From positions 29,635,504 to 29,699,503 of the forward strand of contig OZ037765.1 of NCBI GenBank assembly GCA_964035545.1: a DNA stretch of 64,000 bases, given 5' to 3'. Origin of the DNA: Bugula neritina (lineage: Eukaryota > Animalia > Bryozoa). Of this stretch, positions 26,348 to 47,989 are shown one piece after another (position 1 is the stretch's first letter; every line of letters begins with the position of its first letter). The translations under genes were made by a program, and so were the position numbers. The notes under the pieces were generated by a model. It had not been told where the DNA came from. It made no database searches and saw nothing but the letters and a program-made list of their open reading frames with translations.

Positions 26348-28624
26348 TTAAAATCTTCTAATTTATTAAATTACAGCGAAGACACTGTAATATTAAAACA
26401 AGTAATATTTAAGATATTGAAAAATAACACAAATCTAGAAATATTTTAAACAAGCTCAGCAATTAAAACATTTATTGATTATCCAGCCTAATTTACTTAT
26501 AACTTACTATATACTGTGGCGTCATCCCAGTTAGACGCTATTTATTTATTTCAGTACAATATATATTTTATGTGCAATTTATTTGAATATTATCGAAATA
26601 TACCTGTACTTAAATAAACTTGGATCAATTGCTTGTTATTTAGCACACAAAGAAACGCCTTTGATCAGCATTAACTTATCATTTTGCATTTTCTATACTT
26701 CTTGTTGTTTGAAAAGTTATTTCGGTAATAAGTTATATTCATTAAAGATAATGTCTATAATTAATGTATTATTGTTTTTTGTCCTACACAAATCCATGAA
26801 AATTGGACTATTATTTCAAATAACTTATATTAGCTATTATAGCTATAACTTATAAGCATATTAGCTATTTAGCAATCAATGCAACAGTTATGTAGGTACC
26901 AAAAATAGGGTCTAACTGGAAAGCGTCTATATCTGAGATGAAACTCATACTACCGTTTATAATATTAACTTTAATATAGATGCTGAACATTGTCATAAGA
27001 AAGAGAAAAATTTAATTATTGATTAACATGAATCATAAAACAGCTATATAGTACCAAATTTACCAAGTAATTAGTAATGAAGAACTCTGTTATTTTGCTA
27101 CTATGACTGATAAGACTTTATAAATTATATTTTATATTTTACAAGTTATTATTAAACTTTTTGAGCTTGTATGGTACATTGATAATGAAAATAATGTTGG
27201 AAATTATTCTAATATTATATAATAACTTAACAGCTTTTTTTAAAAACTAATCAAATTGACCAGTTGAGTTGAATTTTTAATTTAATATGATATATATAAT
27301 CATTAGGATTACAGGAATTATAATGGTACATGATGTTTATATTTTTATTACCTGTTTATTAGTCTTTTTTCTTTACAAGCAGCTTAAAACATAAAAGTTA
27401 AAATTCAACCTCCTTAATATAGCCTGTTTTTTATTAGGTATATGCAAGACTCTAAACCCTAAAGCATTCATTTAGTTCATATTTTATTGTTTTTGGAGTT
27501 GCCCATTCCTTTTATATTATTCGTAGTTGCATGCCCTTGTCTGGTGCTGAAATAGAAAGAGCCAAGTGATATAACCCAAAAAGTTTTCTCTTATATTATT
27601 TTTTCATACATGTCTCCAATTTTTAGCATTAGGTCTCAAAAATACCCCCCTCCCCTCCAACAGAGTGATGAATAAAATAGTTTTTAATTAACTTTCATGC
27701 AGTTATATATTATATACACAGACGAAAATTTATTAAATAATGGAATGCAATTGTGAAAAACAATATAATAATCAGTAGCCATAGTGGAAAATAAAATAAA
27801 ATCAATTTATATGAAAGTAAAAAGGAAAAAATAACAGTGGAATGGAAAAATGAAGCAGACTAAAATATAAAAAACATATTTTATGTAAGCCTATAGTAAA
27901 ATATTTTACAAAAGTCTTAAATTACAGAGTTTGGTGCAATATAAATGAGTATAATAATCTTTAAATATTGGTGAAAAAATATATAAAAGACAAAAAATCG
28001 TGAAAAGTGAGTAAAATATTGAACAAGTCATAATATAATAGTAATAAATAGTTTTGATATTTATAGACAATTAGAAGCATAATAATTCAGTTGTGATAGA
28101 AAGACCCAAAAGAAACTTATTGAAACTTAAAATGGCTGCCTCGATCTTAGTAGTACAAGTATTACACAACAAGACAAGACAAATTACTGTTTCTTCGTAC
28201 AGCAAAGGCCAAAGCACACTGCGAAAGAAGCTTGACTATCATAAACCTTTATCTAGACAAATACCTTCTCATCAAGCTGCACTGCTTGAGATAGTGAAGT
28301 GTTCGAAATATGTCAAGCAGTGATCAGCTTTAGCCATTTTGGTAGAACTTTCAAGCATATAATTCAATAAGTCTCTTTACAAAACTGAGCATTAAAATAA
28401 TTTGCCATTCTCTTTAAGTACGTAGTTAATGTGTGGCTATAACTGGTGAAAAGTATCACAAACTTGAAATATAACATTGTAAAAATTCGTCACTCAACAC
28501 ATTTGCTCTTAATTGCTCGAAAAATTATAGTAATAAATATAAAGCTTTGTTTAAATAAAGTCTATATACCTAATAGTATAATAATTTTAATTCGTATGTA
28601 CATTTTAGCTGAAATCTGTCAAAG

Positions 28625-36761
<8,137 letters not shown>

Positions 36762-37171
36762 CCTGGGGTCTTGTAGTGTTCTGCGCTACTGTGCTATATG
36801 ACCGGGTATTGCTATCTAGGCATAATGGCGGAATGTGACTGCTATAGCACGCAAGTCTAGGCTATTCATTCATCATGTGCTGAGCATTATGTTATTAAAT
36901 GCGATAACCCTCCAATCCTATTGATTACTTAGATAAAGTATTTGCTGATTGGGTGAATTCAAAGATTTCACCTTTACAATTTGCGACAATTGTTTAAGAT
37001 TGCGTGTTTACTTCTGCGGGTTACGAATGTTAAGTGAGTTGAAGCTTTCTCATTAAGACTATTATGAGCACACTATACTTCTAGTAATTATAATTAAATT
37101 AATTGCAATTATTATAAATTGATATTATGTAACCACTTAGCTAAAGCATGCAGTAAAACATTATTAGAAAC

Positions 37172-37232
37172 TACTCCAGCGGTTAGAGTGTTAGCCTAGT
37201 GTGCACTAGATGTTGGTTCGAGTCCTGGCAAG
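37172..37232 (+). mobile_element. tRNA-derived SINE-like head
   Basis: A-box-like CCAGCGGTTAGAG and B-box GGTTCGAGTCC; related to copies near 39022 and 47516; no full cloverleaf. Confidence 0.55.
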
Positions 37233-37702
37233 ACTATCTGCCATGTCATAAACTGCATTTGACCATAAGTGCCCCCCCCCCCCTCCACTATGTCAAACAC
37301 ACTCCTTGGCCTAATTTCTTAAAAGAACTGCCTGGGAATAATTACTATGCAAAAAGCATGAGTTTAATAACAGATTGTCCTTTAAACATGTAAGGCTAGA
37401 ATAATACTCCAGTAACTTTCAATATTTCAAAACAAGTTATGAAACTGTAATCTCCTTATTAGGTCTATGAAACTATTGCAAGCTAATCAGGAGTTTAGTA
37501 AATTAAAAAATTAAGACTGTGTAAGTTTTTACCAAAATAAAAATTCTTATATTTTTTCTCATTATATAGATACATTTTAAAATAATATAGCCCTAAAACC
37601 TAATAATTAAAATGGACGCTAATTGAAGTAGTAATTTGTAAACTTAATTTTGAGTTAAAAATAATTATTAAATTGTTATTACAGATTATTCAAAAGCTAC
37701 AG

Positions 37703-37802
<100 letters not shown>

Positions 37803-39021
37803 TGTTGAAAGTTGAAAGATAATTATCCCAGGGCTATAACTTTGTTGTTAGCCTGCGTTTTCAGGCTGACATTAGCTATTAGCATAAATTTGTTGAGTAA
37901 TTAAAAAGTTGAAAAAATGTCTCTGAAACCAGTACATTTGTCCACATTGCTGGGAATTTATATAATTTGAGTTTATTATCTTTACCTATTATGTATGTTT
38001 ATTACTTTAGAAAAAACTAATTAGAACAGCTTAGCTGTTAAATTAAAGCTCCTGTAGATTAGGCAATCTGAAAGGACTTTCAAGTATAAATAGGCATTGT
38101 AAAGAAATAGCCATTCAGGTTTTAAATATTTCAGGAAGTGGGGTTCTGACATTTCTTTAATTATGTTGTGTAAATTTGCTTTCTCAGCTGGTTGTTATTG
38201 TAAAGGAATGCAGTAGCTATGTTAGTCAAAGCCTAGCATAACTACATAATATTAATCTGTAGGTGATATACTGATATGCTAATATTATTCACTAAATTCG
38301 TGTTTGGTTTGAAGCTAACACCTCCGTGTATTTGGGGCACGGGAGTAATTATGGCCAGTGGTCCAAAGTTGGGGGATTGGAAGGGGTAAGCCTTACCTCC
38401 ACCAATTTTTGAGGTCTTCTAAACTTACCAGTAGCCTCACTGTAATATCTCGTTACATTCAAAAGAGTATGCGAAATTGGTGATTAATTGTTGAATGCAT
38501 GGTTTGACATGAAGCCCAATGAAATATTAAAAGCCAAAGCCAGTTGTTGATAGTCATTGTCAGTATTTACCCAAATAGCTTCGAAAATGAGTAGTTTCTT
38601 TGACTCACCTGTTCAATGTTGTCAGGTTTGCATGCATGTGTTATTTGTAGAAACACAATGTTTAATACAACTTATTTTCAACAAATGAGTGTCAATATAA
38701 TATACTATTATCTATGTAAAATCCTCAACAAAAATCTGCTTTATATTGCTTTTACAGATAAAACACATGAGTGATTATGTTTATGTTTTAAATTATATTA
38801 TTCTTATTTTTATATTTGAATTTTTACTCACCAAATAATTGAAATTAAAGCCTTAAAAAAAGGAAAAAATTCTAAAACATTTTTAATGGTTCAACATTTT
38901 ACTTTACAATTTTTATGGCATTCTACTTTATAAGGCTTATGGGAAAATTATCAGTTATCCTTAGGTTACCCCACCATTTTCTCCAGATTTTGATAATAGA
39001 TGCTTTTCTCTGACACCACAA

Positions 39022-39097
39022 TGGCCATGTCGGGATTCAAACCATCAACGTAGCTAGCACTTATACTATGCCAGAGCTATAACCACTAGACCCTGGC
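39022..39097 (-). mobile_element. tRNA-derived SINE-like head (degenerate)
   Basis: Minus strand reads GGTCTAGTGGTTATAG...GGTTTGAATCCCG. Confidence 0.5.
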
Positions 39098-42000
39098 TTA
39101 TCATGTGATATGCTAATACTAAAACAAAATAAATATTGATTTTACATTTATATTTTATTATACTCATGACATTTGATCATTGATTGCTGCAGCAGATCCT
39201 TCTTATGCTTTAAATAATTCTATTTTCTGCTCACTAACTAAGTACAGTGGCCTTAATTGTGATAAAATGTAAAAGTGAAAGTTCAAATAATATGAAATTT
39301 TTGCAGGGGAAATATTTTATAGTCGTGCTAATGAAATTCTGTTAGCAGCGTTGGTTTCAAAATAGAATAGCTTTTAAGTCAGATTAGAAAGATGGCAAAC
39401 TCAAATAAGTGCAATTACCTTTCAATATATTTTTAGTTTTCTGCTATTTCATTTTATTTTATAGCTTATCTTATTTTATTAATCTCAAAGTAAACTCATT
39501 AAACACTTGATAATATAATTGTCATCAATATCTGTTCCAGAGTGAACAGAGTGATATAAAAGATTACAAGTAATGTTTCTATACCTATAACATAAAACTC
39601 TGTGGGAATAACATTAAGTTTCTTTCCATGCAATCAGCAAATCTTAAATAAGCTGGTTCAAATTTGATGTTGGTGAGTTTATCATGGTGGTATTAGTTAA
39701 TGTACATTTCCTACTGCATACAGTGTATGGGAAAATTATATTGCATTGAAAATGTGATTCCTTGGTATTTATTTCAAGTGCAATGATCAGCAGGTAACTT
39801 AAGGGTATTAATTGCTTCAGTCTCACAATATCTAAATCTCAAATTGCAGCAAGGGCTTCTTTTTGACTCAAAAATCTAAAGTTTTTCAATAGTTTTAAAA
39901 ATTGTTTTTAAGAATATCATTTGTCTAAATTTATATAGAAGTAATACCTATAGTAAAAATGAAGAAGGGCTACTTTCACTTTTGTAATGCAATATTTGTA
40001 AGAATACAAAAGATGTAATCTAACATAAAGTTTTTGATTTGCATTAAATATATTTTCTAGATTTTGGAAAGTATTAGAAATCTAGAAAAAATACTGCACA
40101 ATATTCATAACAACCATTAAAGAAGTATAGTATAATACAGTACATCAACTATCAAGAATGAAGCATTTATAAGTGACAACTGCTGCAACTTTGCATTTTG
40201 TACCAAGTCATCATTAATTGCCAACTAGTGACGGCATCCTTTTAATGTTTTGCAGAGTAGAAATACATAAACAATTGATCACTAATGTAGCTATTTATTA
40301 TTTGTAAATTAGTCCGTTGCAGCTGTGGTATCATTATCACGAAACAGCTGCAAGGGTTCAGCGTGCCAAATGTTTGTGTAGAGTTGTTTTCTTTTTAGAT
40401 TGTGGCTTAGAATTTAGATGCGTCGAAACCTCAGTGTAGAAATTAATAAGCTCATTTGGGCACTGAAATTTATTTTCAGACAGCTATGTTACAATTGAGT
40501 TATTATGTGTCCTTTGAGTGTAGGACCCTAACAGCACCATCTAATATTTTTGCAGTAATTATAACGTTAGAAATTAAAAATATTTCTTTTTAATGAAATG
40601 CAAATATTTGCATTTCATTAAAAAGAAACATCGTATAGCTAAATTGTGGAGTTCCTCATTCAAATTTCTGAGTCAAAGTGGGATAACTCTACTGTTATAA
40701 TAACGATAGAAAGAAATAAAAAGTAGAATGTACCAAATTAAAACTCGAAAACAAGAATTTTGAGATATAAACTCTTTCTCTCTGATGTCCGGTATGTCAC
40801 CATAATTTTATACCTTTTTTTCTTATTTGTTTTAGTTAAAAATATTTCAATTCCATTAAAATACTTTGTTGGCAATTTTAGTTTTTACAATAAAGATAAT
40901 CATCATCATACTGTAAGTCTAAGTGTAATAGTAATGCCAAGATTAATAGGCATAAAAATACTTATACTATAACAATTAGAATTAGATTTACTTTTAGTTA
41001 AACTCAAACTATTACATTTAGTGATTTACTATTACTATTAGTATTAGTATTAGTATAAGTATTGGTATTACTAGACATATGCTTCGTTCATTACTAACAA
41101 ATTCTAACATATACTTTAATAGTTTCCTTCTTAGGACAATAAGAATGAAAGACCTTAGAATCTCTGAAGTCACGCCTTCATAACACTCATCCGTGAAGGT
41201 CTCTTCTTCCCTCTCGAGGGTCTAGAGACTCAACACAGATACAAATTACATTTTGACTTTGATTTAGTTTTGGTATTAGTATAACTATTACTATTACTAT
41301 TAGTATTATAGAAAAAATCAATTATGATATTGATTGTATTTAAAAAACTAAAATTTAGTTTAACTTCATCCAAATTATTAAAATACTAATACTAATAGTT
41401 ATAGTACTACTAATACTATAGTGATAGGTCAATCATATTGATACTGATTATTGTCATAAATGAAATATAATTAATATTATTAATAATAGTTATTTGCAGT
41501 TCAAAAGAAGTTAGTCATCGAAATAGTAAAAACTGTAAAATTAATATTGCAAATTTTGTCAAAATAAAAATTGAAATGCTAGGTCTATCTCTATAATATT
41601 AATAACAATATAATAATAATTATATGATAATATTATGTATTACTAATTTTATGGTTATTGTTATATGCTTATTAATATGACTATCTGTATTACTATTAGG
41701 GATTCAAACCAATGAGTAAGTTAAATTTGAGTGGTTAGAATTTCGAATAATACAACTTCCAATATTAATTATTATATGAATTATAAATGTAAAGATATAT
41801 TCTAGTAATAAGTTGTAATTATATTTAAATTCATTTCAAGTATCATTTATTCAGTGTGAGTATCACCTATATGCAGTATAAAGTCAATATGGAAATGGAA
41901 TATAAAAGTAGTTTGTTAGTGTAAAGGTATTGGTTCAGCATGACACATGTGGCGCTAAGGTTGTTTAGACACCAGTAAAATCATTGGAGGCAATTGCCAG

Positions 42001-42111
42001 CATAATTTAAAGAAAGTTTTTTTGTCCAGCCGACCTGAATAATATGTTAATTTAAGTACATTTTAGTTATTCTTTTAGTAGTTGGGTGGGTGTTGGAGTT
42101 AGTGCTCAAAC

Positions 42112-45100
42112 ATGCCTGCAAAAAAGAAAGTTCAAGAAGATGAACCGCCCATGTTGATGGGTAGACTCAGCACTAATATCAAGATAGGAATTGTTGGATT
42201 GCCAAATGTTGGGTTAGTGTTGTACCTATATAATTTTACTTTATGTGTTTTCAGTTATGTTCAGTGCAGTTAGTAGCTGATTTTTGCAGTCTCGAATGCC
42301 ACGAGCATCAGTACAGCCCTGTTCTTCCTAAATTTTACATATTTGTTCTTTTGCAACGTGTAGTATAATTTTGTTCGTTGTTATTGGAAAGTTTTTAAAC
42401 AGGTGATTGAATTATAAGACTTTTGTTAAAAGTACTAAAAGTTCAAATTTAAATGATATGATAACTTCTCAAAATGTGTATCAACAAACTCTTGCAGTTA
42501 CTATTATCAAGTTATTCTATCGTGTAGTTATTGTATTATATAGTTATTGTATCTTATAGTTATTATGTTATCTGGTTATCCATATTTCATTTTCCCAAAT
42601 GTTAATGTCTTTTAGAAAATCAACTTTCTTCAATGTCATGACAAAGTCCGCTGCACCAGCTGAAAACTTCCCTTTTTGTACCATCGACCCAAATGAGGCC
42701 CGTGTGGCCGTACCAGACGATAGATGGAAGTTCCTGTGTGACTTTCACAAACCTGCAAGGTAATAACTCTCACTGTTGCTTGTTGTAAAGCTTTGTGTGT
42801 GATTCTTTACACTTGCTTATAACTTGCCTTCAATTTTCAAGCCTGTTTTGAAAGGCATTGCATATACCGTGCTCCCTCCCCATCTCACTAAGCTATCGGT
42901 CCCAAAACCTCAATCCGTGACATAGTAGACTACCAGGCTCAACTCAGGGATTCGTTAAATTTGGCCATTTTGTTTTTATACACACATACATAAGCCACAA
43001 AACAGGGGTCAAGCCCTTTTCATGATCTATGGAATTTTATGAGAACTGGAACCATGGGATATGGATAGAGCACTGTAACGTCATTTAATTATTTTTCTTT
43101 TATTTAGATAAGAATGTTTAAATATACCCTTACTGGTTAATAACTTCATTAAAAATAAGTTGGTATTCAAAATGTAAGTTAACTATATCTATATTTATAA
43201 ATGAAGTAGTAAATAAAAATCATTTCTTATTTGTTTATGTTTAATGTAATTATGTTTATTTATAGCAAGGTGCCAGCCTACCTCAATGTACTGGATATTG
43301 CTGGACTGGTCAAAGGAGCTTCTGAAGGTCAAGGCCTCGGAAATGCTTTCCTTTCTCATATTAAGCAGTGTGATGCCATCTTTCATATGTCACGTTAGTA
43401 TCACACACATTTATGTTTATATGTTCATGTATAGTTTAGTATGACATATGTCCAGTAGGTACTGACTGTGTGGATACTATATTTCTTGTACAATGGTAGT
43501 ATCAAAAAGCTGTTTTTACACACAAATCACGTTAGCTTTTATTTTACTATTTTCTATTTTGTAATGTTTGAGTCTGCTATACTAAAATAACCATCTTTTA
43601 AATGAAATCTGCCTTCAAGTCTTCAAATTTGAAATGTGGTTATTGTCAATATTTTGGTCATTGTCAATATTTTGGTCATGAGACATTAGCAAGACTGTTT
43701 GATTTTCTGTTAGCTGTTTAGCGAATGTAACGTGTGAATTGAATGGTGACCTAGTGTGTTGTGGAAATATATGGTGTCAGAGGAATAATCTGTATAAGTT
43801 ACAATCTCTACATGTACATGCAGGTGCTTTTGAGGACGATGACGTGACTCACGTAGAGGGTGACGTGGACCCCGTCAGAGACCTGGATGTTATATTTCAC
43901 GAGTTGAGAGCCAAAGACCTTGAGCAGCTCAACAAACGCCTGGATGTTGTTTCCAAGCAGAAGGACAGAGACAAGTATATGAAAGCCGAATACGTAAGTT
44001 AACTGTTCAGTCAATAACTGTTGGAAGTGCATTATTGTTACGTGTATTCGAAAGAGAACATATTGACTAAAACCCAATATTACATATTCTAAGAGTATAT
44101 ATTTAGTATATTTTAATATTAATATAAAAGAATTGAAGATAATTTTTAAATATTTTGTGAATAAGTTTTGAAGTATTAAAGCCATTTCATTAGTTCCCTG
44201 TAAAATCGTCTGTTATTTTAAATTGTTTTCATAATTGTTTTTCTCTTTGAGTTGCTGTTTCCAGTCAGCCTGTTGCAGCCCCTTACTTTTTCCTGCAGGA
44301 GTGTCTGATGAAGGTGAAGGACTTACTGGACACTCAGTCTAAGCCGGTCAGGTTCGGCAGGTGGGACAACAAGGAGATAGAAATACTGAATGAGCATCTA
44401 TTTATTACATCCAAACCGATCATCTACCTGATTAATCTGTCTGAGAAAGATTACATCAGAAAGAAGAATAAGTGGTCAGTTTATCTAAAATATGTAATGT
44501 TTGAATATAGCGTACATGTTATACTCTACTATGCTAGTAAAGTATATAGCAGGATTTAACTAAAACCCATTTTGATGAATTGTATTTCTCACTATAAGCA
44601 CTATGAAATTTTAAATCTAAAAAATATTGACACTGTAAGCTTAGGAAATATAAGGAAACATTTACAAAATTGTCTTCTCTTTTATAAAATGTAACAGCTA
44701 AGACTAATTTGAAAAACTAGGGGAGAGAATTGAATATATGTTGGCTTTTTATGTTTTACTCATTTAGTGTATAAATAGTTATTATGTTAGCATTATTTTA
44801 TGTCGGTATCAGTAGTGTTTTTTTATATGTCAATATGAAGATGTATAATATATTTATGGAAATGCCATCACATGAGTCATGCAATGCTCATTACTATTGT
44901 GTGGAGTTGTCTCACTCATGCACTGCAATCACAAAGTAATCTATACTAGAACATTCTGCAGGTTGCTCAAGATTAAGCAGTGGGTTGATGAGAATGATCC
45001 GCGTGGAGTTATCATACCGTGGAGTGCGGCCTTGGAAACACAGCTAATAGATTTGAGCGAGGCAGAAAATGCCGACTTTCTAAAAGAGAAGGGGACTACC

Positions 45101-47134
45101 AGGTGAACCAATCATCTACTCGTCAGATTGTGCTGAACTATGCACTACTAATAGCTAAATCTCTAAATCACAACAGTGAAAGCAATTAATCAAATATGCA
45201 AATGCAATAACCTAAACTTGTCCCTTTAAATTTTTTTGAGCAAACTTCAAATATTTCTTCAACTGTTCAACAATGGTGGGTTGATTGCATACGGCTGACA
45301 GGTTTGAGTATTGGCTCAGTAAAATATATGAGTTAGATACTGAAGAATTGATATATAGACAACTGTGTCCGGCTCCCCTTGTGTTACTAATTTCTCAATT
45401 AGCTGCTATAAGAAAAACAGTAGCCCAACTTTTTTAATTTCCATTTATTTGTTTTGGTGTGAGTTTCAATCTTTTTCAATCTGTGACTTGATTGGAAAAA
45501 AAAACATTATTTGAGACACAGAGTTTGTGGAATCTTACTAATGCTGCATCTGACCCCATGTTCCTGGCACCCAAGTGTTTACCAAGTAGAGTCAGTTTCC
45601 AATGTTTAGTGAAGGTAGCGTCTATTGATTTGGTTTTATACACGCAAGTCTAACATGGTTTTAGTGCATTGGACAAGATCATTACAAATGGGTTTAAAGC
45701 CTTACACCTGGAGTACTTCTTTACTGCTGGTGCTGATGAGGTTAAAGCGTGGACACTTAAGGTGCGTATGCTGTATGTTGTGCAAGTGTGTTAGCAGGGG
45801 ACTGGTGCCTGACCTATATGCAATATGGTTTGAACACGTATGAATTTAATAGACATGTCAACATAAGCATTTGGTTACATTTACCTCTTGCGTATTAGCA
45901 GTGGTCAAAGTAGAGGTAGAAATGTCAGTGTGACATTACCCCCCACCCCACCCCAACCAGTTTTGATTTCTGGGCAATGTGTTTTCGAAAAAACCAAGTG
46001 GTTACACAACGGTGTTTGGTGAATGTGTTTTGCTTTTATATTCTGAAAAACCACGTTTTGTTTAGCTGGGGATAAGTGTCATCATGTTATTAATCATAAT
46101 AATCTATTAGCCATAAATTAGGGGTTTAATTAAGGACTTTGACCTGTTATGTATGCCGGGATTTGTTTACTGCGAGTGTGTTGAATAGGTGTTTTGTGAG
46201 CACACACGAATTATTTTATAATAAATAAACATGGAATTTGTTGCAAGCATTGCACTCAATTGACAGTAAAATAATTTAGTTTTTTGGTGACTTTGTTTTC
46301 AACTCAGTCGTGTTCAATTTTTCCCTCTTGCAGCTCACATGTGCGTATTGCTAGGTTTTTGCTGTCATCTCCATCAAGCAGTACACTTATGTGAACTATT
46401 CTACTAAATGTTGAAATTATATAGCAATATTCTAGTAATTTTCTCGTCATGGCAGCATTGTGTGTCTCAGACTCAAATCCAGATACCTAGTGAGGAAGAA
46501 AACTAAAACCATTTATTGCTCTTACTCTACAAGAGTTTTTAAGCGGAAAATTGTTTCAATATTTTGCGATTTGAATCATGGTAGAAAGGAACAAAAGCAC
46601 CACAGGCAGCTGGAAGGATACACACAGATTTCGAGAAGGGTTTCATAATGGCTGAAGTGATGAAGTTTGATGATTTCAAAGAACATGGCTCTGAAAATGC
46701 TACCAAGGTAAGCAATATTTCACTGTATTTCAATCACTCAATGGTGTGTTGTGAAATTATTTAGTTTTATAAGTAAGTTAATATTATTAAGCAGCTGCTA
46801 TGAATGAAGGCAAACTTTATTGCTGTGCATTCAATACCTGCTTAATAGTACCCAGTGAAGTTTTACAATAATGTTAATGCTTTTGAAAAAAATAGATTTA
46901 CTAAAAATTGTTAATGGCCAGATTAAATAATGCATAAGAACTGTTATTTATAAAATTTTAACATGTGCTCTAATGCTTAGCAAGTTTCTTAAAATATAAT
47001 GAAAGTAGTTATTAATTGGACAAACTTGTGTGTTTTAGGCAGCTGGCAAGTATTTGCAAAAAGGTCGGGAGTACGTTGTTCAAGACGGGGACATTATATT
47101 TTTCAAATTCAATACAGCTGGACTCAAGAAGTAA
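42112..47134 (+). CDS. OLA1: Obg-like ATPase 1 (YchF family), 391 aa. Exons 42112-42212, 42616-42759, 43266-43393, 43824-43993, 44299-44474, 44962-45102, 45665-45761, 46585-46707, 47039-47134
   Basis: [97 protein letters not shown]. Exons sum to 1176 nt. AATAAA at 47181 and 47310. Confidence 0.98.
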
Positions 47135-47340
47135 AAAAGCAGTTGTGTGCTCATCATGTGTTTTTATACTTATAGCCAAGAATAAAGGGCTTTACATTTC
47201 AAAGTTGCTCATGTTCCACCTCAGCCCTGCAATGTTTTTTATGCTGGTGGAGCTTGCGTTTGTTTTAAGTTCTCACCTTGGTTTTAAATGGACTACTGTG
47301 ATACAGGAATAATAAAGAGCAGGTGCTTTTCTTGACGAGG

Positions 47341-47498
47341 TAAGTGCAGTAATGGAGAAATTGAGAATAGCCTGCGCTCTAGATTGAAAATGTAACATAA
47401 GTTATGTTCTCACAAGAATTTCGGCCCGCGCCCAAACCAAAATTTAATGATAAAATTAAAGAACTTAGTCTATCTCAATTTCTCCACTACTGCTCCTA
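47341..47498. mobile_element. Small MITE-like element (about 158 bp)
   Basis: Inverted termini GCAGTAATGGAGAAATTGAGA ... TCTCAATTTCTCCACTACTGC (20 of 21 match, extendable). Confidence 0.65.
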
Positions 47499-47515
47499 AG
47501 TGTTCTTGACATCAA

Positions 47516-47590
47516 TCTCAGGATTTCAACCAGCAACACTCATAACCTTGTACACGCTAGGTCAGCACTCTAACCACTAGACCAAAGCTG
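47516..47590 (-). mobile_element. tRNA-derived SINE-like head (degenerate)
   Basis: Minus strand reads TGGTCTAGTGGTTAGAGTGCTGACCTAGCGTGTAC...GGTTGAAATCCTG, similar to the 37172 copy. Confidence 0.55.
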
Positions 47591-47989
47591 CTCCCATCTT
47601 TTCTGTATGGCAATTATTGCTATTAAATATTTTTTCTATAATTATTTCAATATGGTGGCCGGCAGAGTTCATCCATTCACTCTACCATTTATAAAAGCAG
47701 TCAGTAGGTTGCTTGTTTCAGGAGTGTCCTTTGAGAATCTTTGAAGCATAAATTTTTAGTCCAGGGTTTATGCAATTGTCTTCCAAGGCTAGCAACTTGA
47801 TAATCAACACTGCGAGCCTAACTTACATTCCTGCCAAAGATGTGGGCTAAATACTTTGAATAGATATGGCAGTTACTTTTGAGTAAATATTTTTTCTCAA
47901 CAAATGGAAGTTGGGCTTAGCCAGCGGCTGTGTTTGGCAACTGGCAGATGATGAATGACCTGCAGTCATGCATAAGGTACTTCATGATT

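Noticed and set aside
37172-37232. Functional tRNA genes (also 39022-39097, 47516-47590)
   Set aside because: A/B boxes are present but no convincing acceptor or anticodon stems; better explained as SINE heads.
44430-44445. OLA1 G4 motif NLSE instead of NKxD
   Set aside because: Normal for the YchF/OLA1 ATP-preferring family.
45733-45760. Other CTGATGA matches as hammerheads (e.g. 1888, 44305, 45733)
   Set aside because: They lie in coding exons and lack stem II plus GAAA and stem III geometry.
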